Translations under genes and position numbers: made by a program
IMG/VR virus record: IMGVR_UViG_3300020044_003817
Location: 1-25,178 of that record
DNA: 25,178 bases
Source: a virus
Taxonomy: Duplodnaviria; Caudoviricetes
Reading direction: 5' to 3' (one strand)
The notes under the pieces: model-generated
Told to the model about the DNA's origin: nothing
Seen by the model: only the letters and a program-made list of their open reading frames with translations
Database searches by the model: none
In this document: positions 17,856 to 25,145 of the stretch, one piece after another
Layout: each line of letters starts with the position of its first letter
How positions within the stretch are numbered: position 1 is the first letter of the stretch

Positions 17856-18098
17856 ATGGATTGGGGAATTGTTATCGCCAGCCTTGTTACTGCTGTTGGT
17901 GGGATTATCACTTCTCTATTGGTGAAAGTGAAAAAAGAGAACACGAAAGACCATGCAAGCGTCATGGAAATCTTACGGTCAGTCAATGGAAATGTGGAGC
18001 GGATTGATAGTAAGTTGGATGCACACATTGATTGGCATCTCAAGGAGGCAACAAGTGGGGAAGTTCCTAAGCGAAATCAAAGGTCAACCAGTCGGTAA
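17856..18098 (+). CDS. Single-TM membrane/coiled-coil lysis-cassette protein
   Basis: MDWGIVIASLVTAVGGIITSLL TM segment, then ENTKDH...IDSKLDAHIDWH. Confidence 0.6.
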   Translation: MDWGIVIASLVTAVGGIITSLLVKVKKENTKDHASVMEILRSVNGNVERIDSKLDAHIDWHLKEATSGEVPKRNQRSTSR

Positions 18099-18282
18099 CA
18101 TCAACACGATTGACCACATCATCGCCAAACTTGGTGAGCAAGATGGTCGAGACCTGTTGGATGCGTTAAACGATCCGAACATTCGTCCCACCCAAATCAT
18201 TAAAGCGTTGCAAGCCCGACAGATAAAACTATCTGCATCGGTTATCACACGATATAGGGCAACCAATGTCATTGCTCAATGA
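18055..18282 (+). CDS. Small HTH-like protein
   Basis: AAGGAGG RBS before GTG 18055. PTQIIKALQ...LSASVITRYR. Confidence 0.55.
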   Translation: MGKFLSEIKGQPVGNINTIDHIIAKLGEQDGRDLLDALNDPNIRPTQIIKALQARQIKLSASVITRYRATNVIAQ

Positions 18283-19234
18283 AATACGGCAGTCGTATTA
18301 TCCTGCATGGCCTGTTGTTTCACAGGGCAAGAAGTATCAGCTCCCTAAAACGACGGCAACCAAAACAGTCCAACGCGACTATGCGGTTGCGGTCATCCTC
18401 CCAGACATGCAACTCGGATACTTCCGAACACACGACAACACACTCGAACCAATCCACGACGAACACGCAATCGACGTAGCCCTACAAATCGTCAAAGCAT
18501 CCAAACCCGACCAAATCGTTTTAGTTGGTGACAACCTGGATTTGTGTGAGTTTGGCAAATATAGGTTCACCCCAGCGTTCGCCCGCACCACCCAAGCCGC
18601 CATAGACCGTGCCAGCCAACTCTGCGCACAGCTACGCAAACTAGCCCCAGATGCTCGAATCATTTGGATTGCTGGGAACCATGAGGAACGGCTCGGCAAC
18701 CTCATCCTTGACGGTGCTGGTGCAGCGTTCGGGTTGAGGCGTGGGTTGAGGCCTGAGGAATGGCCTGTGATGTCGGTGCCGTATCTTTGCAACCTTGATG
18801 ATTATGGGGTGGAGTATTTGCCTGGTTATCCGACGGGTGCGCATTGGATTAACCAGCGTCTTCATGTCATTCATGGCGACAAGGTTGCCTCTGGTGGAAG
18901 TACTGCACACAAGTATTTAGCGACTGTGAAGACCTCTGTGATTTATGGGCATATTCACCGCAGGGAGTGGGCTGAACGCACCAGAGACGACCACGACGGG
19001 GCTAGGACGATTCTGGCAGCATCCCCAGGTTGCCTTGCGCGAATAGATGGGGCAGTCCCTTCAACACGCGGAGGACATGACTTGGATGGTCGCCCGTTGT
19101 ATAGAGCGGAGGACTGGCAACAAGGCTTGAGTGTCGTTGAGTATGTGCCTGGTGACGGGGAGTTTAACCTTGAGATGATTCCGATTCGTGACGGTTGGGC
19201 TAGGTGGAGAGGTAAAGATTATGTCGCACGATGA
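18266..19234 (+). CDS. Calcineurin-like metallophosphoesterase
   Basis: PDMQ, GDNLD, GNHEER, IHGD, GHIHR. Confidence 0.85.
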   Translation: MSLLNEIRQSYYPAWPVVSQGKKYQLPKTTATKTVQRDYAVAVILPDMQLGYFRTHDNTLEPIHDEHAIDVALQIVKASKPDQIVLVGDNLDLCEFGKYRFTPAFARTTQAAIDRASQLCAQLRKLAPDARIIWIAGNHEERLGNLILDGAGAAFGLRRGLRPEEWPVMSVPYLCNLDDYGVEYLPGYPTGAHWINQRLHVIHGDKVASGGSTAHKYLATVKTSVIYGHIHRREWAERTRDDHDGARTILAASPGCLARIDGAVPSTRGGHDLDGRPLYRAEDWQQGLSVVEYVPGDGEFNLEMIPIRDGWARWRGKDYVAR

Positions 19235-19508
19235 GATGCGAACAATGGTTGTCGTCAGATGGCATGACGCTCACGCTGCAACCGACACCTGGACACCCAT
19301 CACCGATATCGGTTCTGACCCTTGTGAGGTTGTCAGCTGTGGGTTCCTGCTCCCTACCAGCGATGGTGGCAAAGAAGACCACATCACCATATTCCAGTCA
19401 AAGACTGACGCTGATGACGTGGATGGGGTTCTGTGTATTCCGGTGGCAATGGTGCAGGATATGAAAGTCATGACCAAGAACATCCCAGGGTTAGCACCAA
19501 GCAGGTAG
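19221..19508 (+). CDS. Hypothetical protein (V.W.DA family)
   Basis: GGAGAGG upstream, VVVRWHDAH...VSCGFL...IPVAMV. Confidence 0.6.
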   Translation: MSHDEMRTMVVVRWHDAHAATDTWTPITDIGSDPCEVVSCGFLLPTSDGGKEDHITIFQSKTDADDVDGVLCIPVAMVQDMKVMTKNIPGLAPSR

Positions 19509-19592
19509 ACTAACTAGCGGATCGTCGCCCGCCTTTTCTTGGGCTTGACATCCCGCACACCTCCCCCTCCTTGGGTGTGCGATATATATCGG
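19506..19592 (+). ncRNA. Candidate sRNA/structured leader with two pyrimidine-rich loops
   Basis: TAGACT -10 at 19506-19511. Hairpin GCCCG-CCTTTTCT-TGGGC with outer extension, then CGCACACC-TCCCCCTCCTTG-GGTGTGCG. Confidence 0.4.
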
Positions 19593-19611
19593 ACAAACGG
19601 AAGGAAACACT

Positions 19612-20139
19612 TTGCGCATAATCGCAACACTCATAACCCTACTCACCCTCATCCCAAGCACAGCCCAAGCAGAACAACCCAAACCCACCCCAACCCACCC
19701 AGCCGTCACCACCGAGCATCGACGGCACATGCGCGAACAGATGCCACAAGTCGTAGAAGAAACCCTCCCAGCAGGAGTACCCAAAGACCAATCCAAACGA
19801 TGCCCACAATGGGAACCAAAGATTGCTGAAGCAGGTCTACCGGTTGAAACCTTCAGCTATATCGCTTGGCGTGAGTCACGCTGCAACAGAAAAGCGGTAA
19901 ATGCGCGCTGGGATTCAGCAGGCAATATCGTTTGGACACTCAACAAAAACGGGTCATATGATTCAGGTTTGTTTCAACATAACTCGACGTGGATATCGGC
20001 AACACGTCAGGTATGTGGTGTGAACACAGGTTCAAAACGCAAAGACCTGGAAGCCTTGTATGAGGTGGATTGTGCGATAGCGATGGCGGTTTGGCTGATG
20101 AAAAACACTAAAGGCAAACTCGCCAACTGGGATTTGTGA
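19612..20139 (+). CDS. Secreted lysozyme-like/lytic transglycosylase (SLT-like)
   Basis: TTG start after GGAAGGA, signal peptide ending AQA, IAWRESRC (catalytic Glu), AVN, DSGLFQ.N. Confidence 0.75.
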   Translation: MRIIATLITLLTLIPSTAQAEQPKPTPTHPAVTTEHRRHMREQMPQVVEETLPAGVPKDQSKRCPQWEPKIAEAGLPVETFSYIAWRESRCNRKAVNARWDSAGNIVWTLNKNGSYDSGLFQHNSTWISATRQVCGVNTGSKRKDLEALYEVDCAIAMAVWLMKNTKGKLANWDL

Positions 20140-20199
20140 CCATCCACCACTTCGTCTCAACCTTGCCCTAATGTCGTTAATGACCCGTAAGGAGGGATT

Positions 20200-20484
20200 A
20201 TGACAAACCGTCAGAAGCAAGCAGCAACAGGAATAATCATGGCGTTCATGTGGGGGTTCTGGTTGATACCATCAGCCGAAGACCTACCGGACGCAAACCC
20301 TGCAACCCCGTTCCAATGGAAAGTATTCATCGCACTAAATTTTGTGCTAATTGTTTACATCCATTGGTTGAATATTGCTGAGGAACGTGAACGCCGTCGC
20401 CGTGTGAAAAGGGATGAAACAATGTTGCAGTATGCACAGGAGATGGAAACTCGTTCACGACGAAACCATCCAACCGCCAAATGA
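20200..20484 (+). CDS. Two-TM membrane protein
   Basis: AAGGAGG RBS, two hydrophobic segments, basic C-terminal tail. Confidence 0.65.
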   Translation: MTNRQKQAATGIIMAFMWGFWLIPSAEDLPDANPATPFQWKVFIALNFVLIVYIHWLNIAEERERRRRVKRDETMLQYAQEMETRSRRNHPTAK

Positions 20485-20783
20485 GTAGCGGACATATCGT
20501 TGACATGTGGTCTGATGGTGACAACACCTTCAGACCTCGTAGACCTGAATGGCAGGAGATGGCACGTTGCAAAGGTGAAACAGACCTGTTCTTTAATGAG
20601 GGTTCACCTCATGCGATAGCGGATGCGAAACTGTTTTGCGCTGGTTGCAACGTGCGTCGAATCTGTCTCAAGTTTGCACTAGACAACGACGAGATAGGTA
20701 TTTGGGGTGGTACGACTACTATGGAGCGTCAACGACTTAGGAAGACGCGGAGGCGTACCGGTGACTTCACCTCAGAAACGTAA
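20481..20783 (+). CDS. whiB: WhiB-family transcription factor
   Basis: W...ARC....DLFF, C..C.VR..CL, GIWGGTT..ER, basic tail. Confidence 0.93.
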   Translation: MSSGHIVDMWSDGDNTFRPRRPEWQEMARCKGETDLFFNEGSPHAIADAKLFCAGCNVRRICLKFALDNDEIGIWGGTTTMERQRLRKTRRRTGDFTSET

Positions 20784-21129
20784 AGGTTCAGCAGCTGAAC
20801 TTGCTGTGGCTAAATGGTTGCGCAAACTTGGCTGGATTCACGCTGAACGCAGTCGTGCCGGATGGCAGGACGATAGAGGCGATATAGACGGAATGCCTGG
20901 TGTTTGCATCGAAGTTAAAGCGGAGAAGAAGATTGACATTCCAGGCTATCTGCGTGAACTTGAGGTAGAGATTGAGAACGCTAAAGCGTGGACTGGTACG
21001 GTCATTATCAAGCGCAGAGGGTCAACCAATGTGGATGACTGGTATGCGGTTATGCCAGCGAAGATTTGGGGTGAACTGATGCTGATGCTTGACCAACCCA
21101 CCCAGAACCCTGTTACACCCACCTCGTAG
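20761..21129 (+). CDS. Holliday junction resolvase (Hjc-like PD-(D/E)XK)
   Basis: KRKGSAAELAVAKWL, DRGDI, IEVK. GGAGG before GTG 20761. Confidence 0.8.
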   Translation: MTSPQKRKGSAAELAVAKWLRKLGWIHAERSRAGWQDDRGDIDGMPGVCIEVKAEKKIDIPGYLRELEVEIENAKAWTGTVIIKRRGSTNVDDWYAVMPAKIWGELMLMLDQPTQNPVTPTS

Positions 21130-21138
21130 AAGTAATGC

Positions 21139-21166
21139 TTGACATCGCAGTTCAACCTGCTACTGT
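21139..21166 (+). promoter_or_regulatory. SigA-type promoter for the recombination module
   Basis: TTGACA (21139-21144), 16 nt, TACTGT (21161-21166) preceded by TGc (extended -10). Confidence 0.65.
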
Positions 21167-21208
21167 CAATTCACACCCATAATTCCCAAGCTTTAAGGAG
21201 GCCTGCGA

Positions 21209-22351
21209 ATGACTACATCAGATGAATTTTCGCTATTAGCGGAAGCACCAAAAGACCGTTGGGGTCGCTACAAAATTAGTGACCCAGCATCCGGCAAAGA
21301 ACGCGGATACACCCGTGTCACAACAATCGCAAAAGTGTTGGACGATTCATCGTCACTTGCGGATTGGAAAACACGCATGGCAATCACAGGGATTGTTCAA
21401 CGTGCAGACCTGCTCGCTCAAGCATCAACATCGTTGGACGATAGAAGCAAACTAAACAAGATTGCGAACGATGCGATTGAAGCAGCAGGCGCATACAGTC
21501 GTGCCAACCTTGGTACAGCACTTCACTCAATCACCCAGCAAATTGACCTTGGTATGAAACCGCAGGTGTTGGAAGGTTTGAAGGCTGATATTGAAACTTA
21601 TGTTGCGTCAATCGCAGCGTGGGATTTTGGTATGCGTAAAGAATGGATTGAAGTTCTGCTCATTAACGATGAGTTTGAATACGCTGGTACAGCTGACCGA
21701 ATCGTCACCACTCGTGACGGCAAGGTTTGTATCTTCGACCTGAAGACTGGAACCGATTTGAGTTACTCATTCGGTTCTATTGCGGTTCAGTTGGCGATGT
21801 ATGCGAACGCTGACTGGATTTATGATTGGAAAACAGGTGAACGCACAGCACTCCCAGCCAACCTCGACAAGAAGGAAGGCATCATCTGCCACCTTCCAGC
21901 CGGTGAAGCCGACTGTAAGTTCTACACGGTAGACCTAGAGGCAGGTTGGGAAGCTGCGAAAATGTCGTTTGCGACCCGTAACTGGCGCAAACGTAAAGAC
22001 CTGTTCAAGCCTTACAAGTTCTCTGACGAGAAGCAGGGAGAAGTCGTACCTGTGGTGAATCCGACACCACAGGACGACGTTCCTGCCTCGCCAAAAGCGT
22101 TAGCAATCCGTCAAGAATGGATGAAGCAACGCATCGCCAACCTCACACGCGAAGCGCAAGCAATGCTCATCCTGTGTTGGCCTGAAGGATGCCCAAAGTT
22201 ACAGGAAACATCATCAGAGCAGTTACAACAGTTGGTGAAGGTCATTGAAACAGTTGAGGCTCAACATGACATCCCGTTCTTTGATGCTGACCCGACAGTC
22301 AAGAAGCCTGCGAAACGTAAGTTGAAGGCGTTTGATTCGGAGCCAGCATGA
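21209..22351 (+). CDS. PD-(D/E)XK (RecB/Cas4-like) exonuclease
   Basis: YTRVTT, GTALH, YAGTADRI, IFDLKTG, QLAMY. Confidence 0.85.
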   Translation: MTTSDEFSLLAEAPKDRWGRYKISDPASGKERGYTRVTTIAKVLDDSSSLADWKTRMAITGIVQRADLLAQASTSLDDRSKLNKIANDAIEAAGAYSRANLGTALHSITQQIDLGMKPQVLEGLKADIETYVASIAAWDFGMRKEWIEVLLINDEFEYAGTADRIVTTRDGKVCIFDLKTGTDLSYSFGSIAVQLAMYANADWIYDWKTGERTALPANLDKKEGIICHLPAGEADCKFYTVDLEAGWEAAKMSFATRNWRKRKDLFKPYKFSDEKQGEVVPVVNPTPQDDVPASPKALAIRQEWMKQRIANLTREAQAMLILCWPEGCPKLQETSSEQLQQLVKVIETVEAQHDIPFFDADPTVKKPAKRKLKAFDSEPA

Positions 22352-22773
22352 ACACCGTTGAGGGTCGTGACCTAGACCAACCAGGCGATGACCAGGCGGT
22401 CAAATACATTCGTGAACGATTGAACAGCATTCAAGGTGCTGATCGTGCGCGAATGGCAATGCTTATCACACAGGCTGAAATCGCTGGTCGTAGCATCAGC
22501 CTGAAGGAAACAAAATCTCTTCGAAGGTTTGAGATAGCCAGAGGGTTATTCCTTCTGTTCGACTCAGGCCAATTCGATGAAGACTTGGTGAAGGACATTT
22601 GTTCCCAAATCACCTCGCAGAAATACAGCAAACCAGGTGAAGCATTAGCGAACCTTGACGTGAAACAAGCACAGCGATTCGCTAACGCTTGTCACGGCAT
22701 CGCTCGTGACTTGTTGAACCTGATTTATATCCCAGAAACCAATCAATTCCATATAGAGGAGCAAGCATCATGA
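22348..22773 (+). CDS. Hypothetical protein
   Basis: GGAG RBS, ATGA coupling at both ends. Confidence 0.65.
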   Translation: MNTVEGRDLDQPGDDQAVKYIRERLNSIQGADRARMAMLITQAEIAGRSISLKETKSLRRFEIARGLFLLFDSGQFDEDLVKDICSQITSQKYSKPGEALANLDVKQAQRFANACHGIARDLLNLIYIPETNQFHIEEQAS

Positions 22774-23171
22774 CAGACACATTCCTATCCGAAGGCGGGA
22801 GCAAACATCCTGCACTCAAGTTTGAGAATGTTGACGATACCCATTCAGGAACAATTCTTGAGTATAAGAAACTCGAAGACCGTGATCCTGCTGGAACCGT
22901 CAAAACTTGGGACAACGGTGACATTCGGTATGTTCATGTTTTTACAATGAACACAGCCGATGGCATTGGGAACCTTTGGGCTAGAGGCAATATGGTTAAA
23001 GCAATCCGTGAAGCAGCACTAGCTGTTGGAGCGACGACCATGATCGGCACCAAGTTGACGGTTAAGTACACCGGTGATGGCGAAAAGAAGTCAAAAGCCT
23101 TCAACGCACCAAAGTTGTACAAGGCCAAGGTTGAACTCCCTGTAAAGGATGACACCGAATCAATGTGGTAA
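22770..23171 (+). CDS. Putative ssDNA-binding (OB-fold-like) protein
   Basis: LKFE.V.D...GTI, GTKLTVKYTG, PKLYKA, acidic-aromatic end DDTESMW, recombination-module context. Confidence 0.55.
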   Translation: MTDTFLSEGGSKHPALKFENVDDTHSGTILEYKKLEDRDPAGTVKTWDNGDIRYVHVFTMNTADGIGNLWARGNMVKAIREAALAVGATTMIGTKLTVKYTGDGEKKSKAFNAPKLYKAKVELPVKDDTESMW

Positions 23172-23188
23172 ACCCACATCAATAAATC

Positions 23189-23255
23189 GTGACAGGTTGG
23201 GTATCGAGTTGTATTCAGTCAACCCCCTGCGGTACCCAACCTGTCGCACTTATTT
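23189..23255 (+). terminator. Long hairpin (terminator-like or structured RNA)
   Basis: 18-bp stem 23189-23206/23230-23247 with two G-U pairs, 23-nt loop containing CCCCCTG, weak U-tract. Confidence 0.55.
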
Positions 23256-23269
23256 AGCCAGGAGAACAA

Positions 23270-23401
23270 GTGACAATCCAAGACCTAAAGAACGCCATCG
23301 CGTTTCTTGAGAAAAGTTATGTCGGTCAAGGCGACCAAGAACGACTTTTCAAAACCATTGAAGCATTAAAGATTGAAATTGCTAGGAGGCAAAAAAAATG
23401 A
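23270..23401 (+). CDS. 43-aa hypothetical protein (not in ORF track)
   Basis: AGGAGA RBS, GTG start, MTIQDLKNAIAFLEK...ARRQKK, ATGA overlap with next gene. Confidence 0.65.
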   Translation: MTIQDLKNAIAFLEKSYVGQGDQERLFKTIEALKIEIARRQKK

Positions 23402-23607
23402 TTGATGTAAACCAATTCGCAGAGTTAGAGCTGCGAGTCAACGACCTACAAAACGCCCTTGCCAGGGTGACTGAGGAACGTGACAACTACAAAGACACAG
23501 CCGACTCCCTGTTCCGTGAACTCGAATCATGTCGCGTCGCACTTGTCCAAGCCAGCTCAGACATCTCACGCCTGCGCGTCTACCTAGCCCAAGGAGCCGA
23601 ACTGTGA
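23398..23607 (+). CDS. Coiled-coil hypothetical protein
   Basis: AGGAGG RBS, heptad pattern. Confidence 0.7.
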   Translation: MIDVNQFAELELRVNDLQNALARVTEERDNYKDTADSLFRELESCRVALVQASSDISRLRVYLAQGAEL

Positions 23608-23864
23608 ACAATTTGAGTACTTTGACAGCGCAATATGAATCACGTTCATTTATTGGACATGACAATATCCATATTCCTAATTCGGAATACGCACATCGAA
23701 TGCATTACGTCGTGACTTCATTAGGTCAAGACCGTGATGCCTGGAAAGAACTTGCAGAACAAATGTATATGTTTGTCCTATCTGAACAATCACCTAGAGC
23801 GATTGATTTATATGTTGATGCAGTAATTGCTAGAAAACGCATAGAAATTGAGGCAGGTTTATGA
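23604..23864 (+). CDS. Hypothetical protein
   Basis: AAGGAG RBS, GTGA overlap gives a start at 23604. Confidence 0.65.
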   Translation: MNNLSTLTAQYESRSFIGHDNIHIPNSEYAHRMHYVVTSLGQDRDAWKELAEQMYMFVLSEQSPRAIDLYVDAVIARKRIEIEAGL

Positions 23865-24037
23865 ACATGAAGTTTTTCTCTGACAAGGCTGAAACCATCA
23901 AAGGTTTAGAAGTACAGGTTGGTATCAAAGACATCGCACTCAACTCAGCGATGCGACGCATCGAAGAACTTAACAACCAAGTTGAAGAACTCGTTGTTGA
24001 AGTTGCTGAACTTCAAGAAAGGTTAAGGGAGGGATGA
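23861..24037 (+). CDS. 58-aa coiled-coil protein (not in ORF track)
   Basis: ATGA overlaps at both ends. MNMKFFSDK...ELQERLREG. Confidence 0.65.
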   Translation: MNMKFFSDKAETIKGLEVQVGIKDIALNSAMRRIEELNNQVEELVVEVAELQERLREG

Positions 24038-24192
24038 AAGACAGTTACGAACTCCAATGCGCACGTTTATCGCGTGACGAATGGCGTAGAACAGCCGGCA
24101 AAATGTATGACCTCATCAAGGCTGGTGAGATTCGTGACGCAGAAGTCACCTACGAAACCTTCGCATACAAATTCACAGAGGAAGACCGATGA
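24034..24192 (+). CDS. 52-aa hypothetical protein (not in ORF track)
   Basis: GGAGG RBS, ATGA overlaps. MKDSYELQCARLSRDEWRRTAGKMYDLI... Confidence 0.65.
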   Translation: MKDSYELQCARLSRDEWRRTAGKMYDLIKAGEIRDAEVTYETFAYKFTEEDR

Positions 24193-24428
24193 ACCCAACA
24201 GACAACTTCCCAGACGCACCCTCAACAATCACCATCCTCGCCAACCGTGACATGATGGCAAACTGGGTAGGACACATCCAATCCCACGACATCACCTCAG
24301 CCGCCCTAGCCGGAGGCATCTACCTCCTCGTCAGCCTCGAAGAAGACGGTACGCTCAGGGTTGCTACCAAGCCTGGTAGCGCGTGGGATGCCACCTGGTC
24401 ACCACCAATACAACTGGAGCGACGATGA
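24189..24428 (+). CDS. Hypothetical protein
   Basis: GAGGA RBS, ATGA coupling. Confidence 0.65.
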   Translation: MNPTDNFPDAPSTITILANRDMMANWVGHIQSHDITSAALAGGIYLLVSLEEDGTLRVATKPGSAWDATWSPPIQLERR

Positions 24429-24601
24429 GCCGTGACAACGAACTTGCCTTAGACCTTTTCATGCTCGGCTATGAACGCAATGAGCTGGTACACATGTTGA
24501 ATGAGGCCACCAGCCTTATCGAGTCTTTGCGTAACGAACTGGACTCAATCAAATCAGAACTACACGTAACACAGCAGGAACTTTGGAGAAAACAACAATG
24601 A
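24425..24601 (+). CDS. Coiled-coil hypothetical protein
   Basis: GGAG RBS, ATGA overlap gives a start at 24425. Confidence 0.65.
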   Translation: MSRDNELALDLFMLGYERNELVHMLNEATSLIESLRNELDSIKSELHVTQQELWRKQQ

Positions 24602-24660
24602 CCACAATCATCATCATCGGCGCAATCTCAGCCATTCTTTTCGCTTGGCTCACAAAATGA
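24598..24660 (+). CDS. 20-aa hydrophobic micropeptide
   Basis: GGAGA RBS, ATGA overlaps at both ends. MTTIIIIGAISAILFAWLTK. Confidence 0.5.
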   Translation: MTTIIIIGAISAILFAWLTK

Positions 24661-24827
24661 TTTACCGTGTTCAATGCAACAAGTGTGGCTCGATGGTTAG
24701 ACATGACACCCAAATCTTGCAGGGTTGTTTGTGTGATCCGGATAGCCCGTCGTGGGTTGCAATCCAACCTGACGGACGGATGCTCAAAATGAGTCATGCC
24801 GATTACAACATCTTCGAGCAATCATGA
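24657..24827 (+). CDS. Small Cys-rich (zinc-ribbon-like) protein
   Basis: CNKC...CLC, ATGA coupling. Confidence 0.6.
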   Translation: MIYRVQCNKCGSMVRHDTQILQGCLCDPDSPSWVAIQPDGRMLKMSHADYNIFEQS

Positions 24828-24916
24828 CCCAAGCCCGTATCTGCAACTGCACCCCCAAACGTGCGCTACCGTCCAAACCGCTCTGCGGAGATAAGCCAGA
24901 CGACTTTGACGAATGA
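24824..24916 (+). CDS. 30-aa Cys-containing peptide
   Basis: ATGA overlap. MTQARICNCTPKRALPSKPLCGDKPDDFDE. Confidence 0.35.
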   Translation: MTQARICNCTPKRALPSKPLCGDKPDDFDE

Positions 24917-25145
24917 CTACGAAGACCCAATCGCAGAGTTCATAGAAGCATCAGCCGAAGGACTCTGCACCGGCTATGTCGTCATCGCCAACATAGAACG
25001 CATCAACGGAGACCAATCATTCTGGGTGACAACACTCCGGAACCAAACCGCCTCAACCAGCCTCGGCCTGCTCGAATCAGCGTCCGCAGCAGAGAAGTAT
25101 CGGATCGCCAGGTCATTCAACCATCACGAAGACGACGACGAATAA
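24906..25145 (+). CDS. Hypothetical protein
   Basis: Probable TTG start at 24906 (uncertain). LCTGYVVIA...SLGLL, acidic tail. Confidence 0.55.
   Translation: MTNDYEDPIAEFIEASAEGLCTGYVVIANIERINGDQSFWVTTLRNQTASTSLGLLESASAAEKYRIARSFNHHEDDDE

Noticed and set aside
19545-19575. TTGACA at 19545 as a canonical promoter
   Set aside because: There is no TAnnnT at 16-18 nt spacing. Kept only as a shared box/RNA stem element.
19539-19829. 96-aa Pro/His/Thr-rich + strand ORF
   Set aside because: It is an alternate-frame product of the A+C-rich block overlapping the transglycosylase and has no RBS.
21209-22351. Cas4-like nuclease as part of a CRISPR system
   Set aside because: No repeat-spacer array or other cas genes, the Cas4 four-Cys arrangement is not evident, and the context is a normal phage recombination module.
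4990-23260. tRNA genes in intergenic hairpin regions
   Set aside because: No cloverleaf with a T-loop GTTCRA and acceptor stem could be built in any gap.
374-24821. Numerous minus-strand ORFs of 60-137 aa
   Set aside because: They lie antisense to well-supported + strand genes, lack recognisable motifs and are explained as shadows of codon bias.
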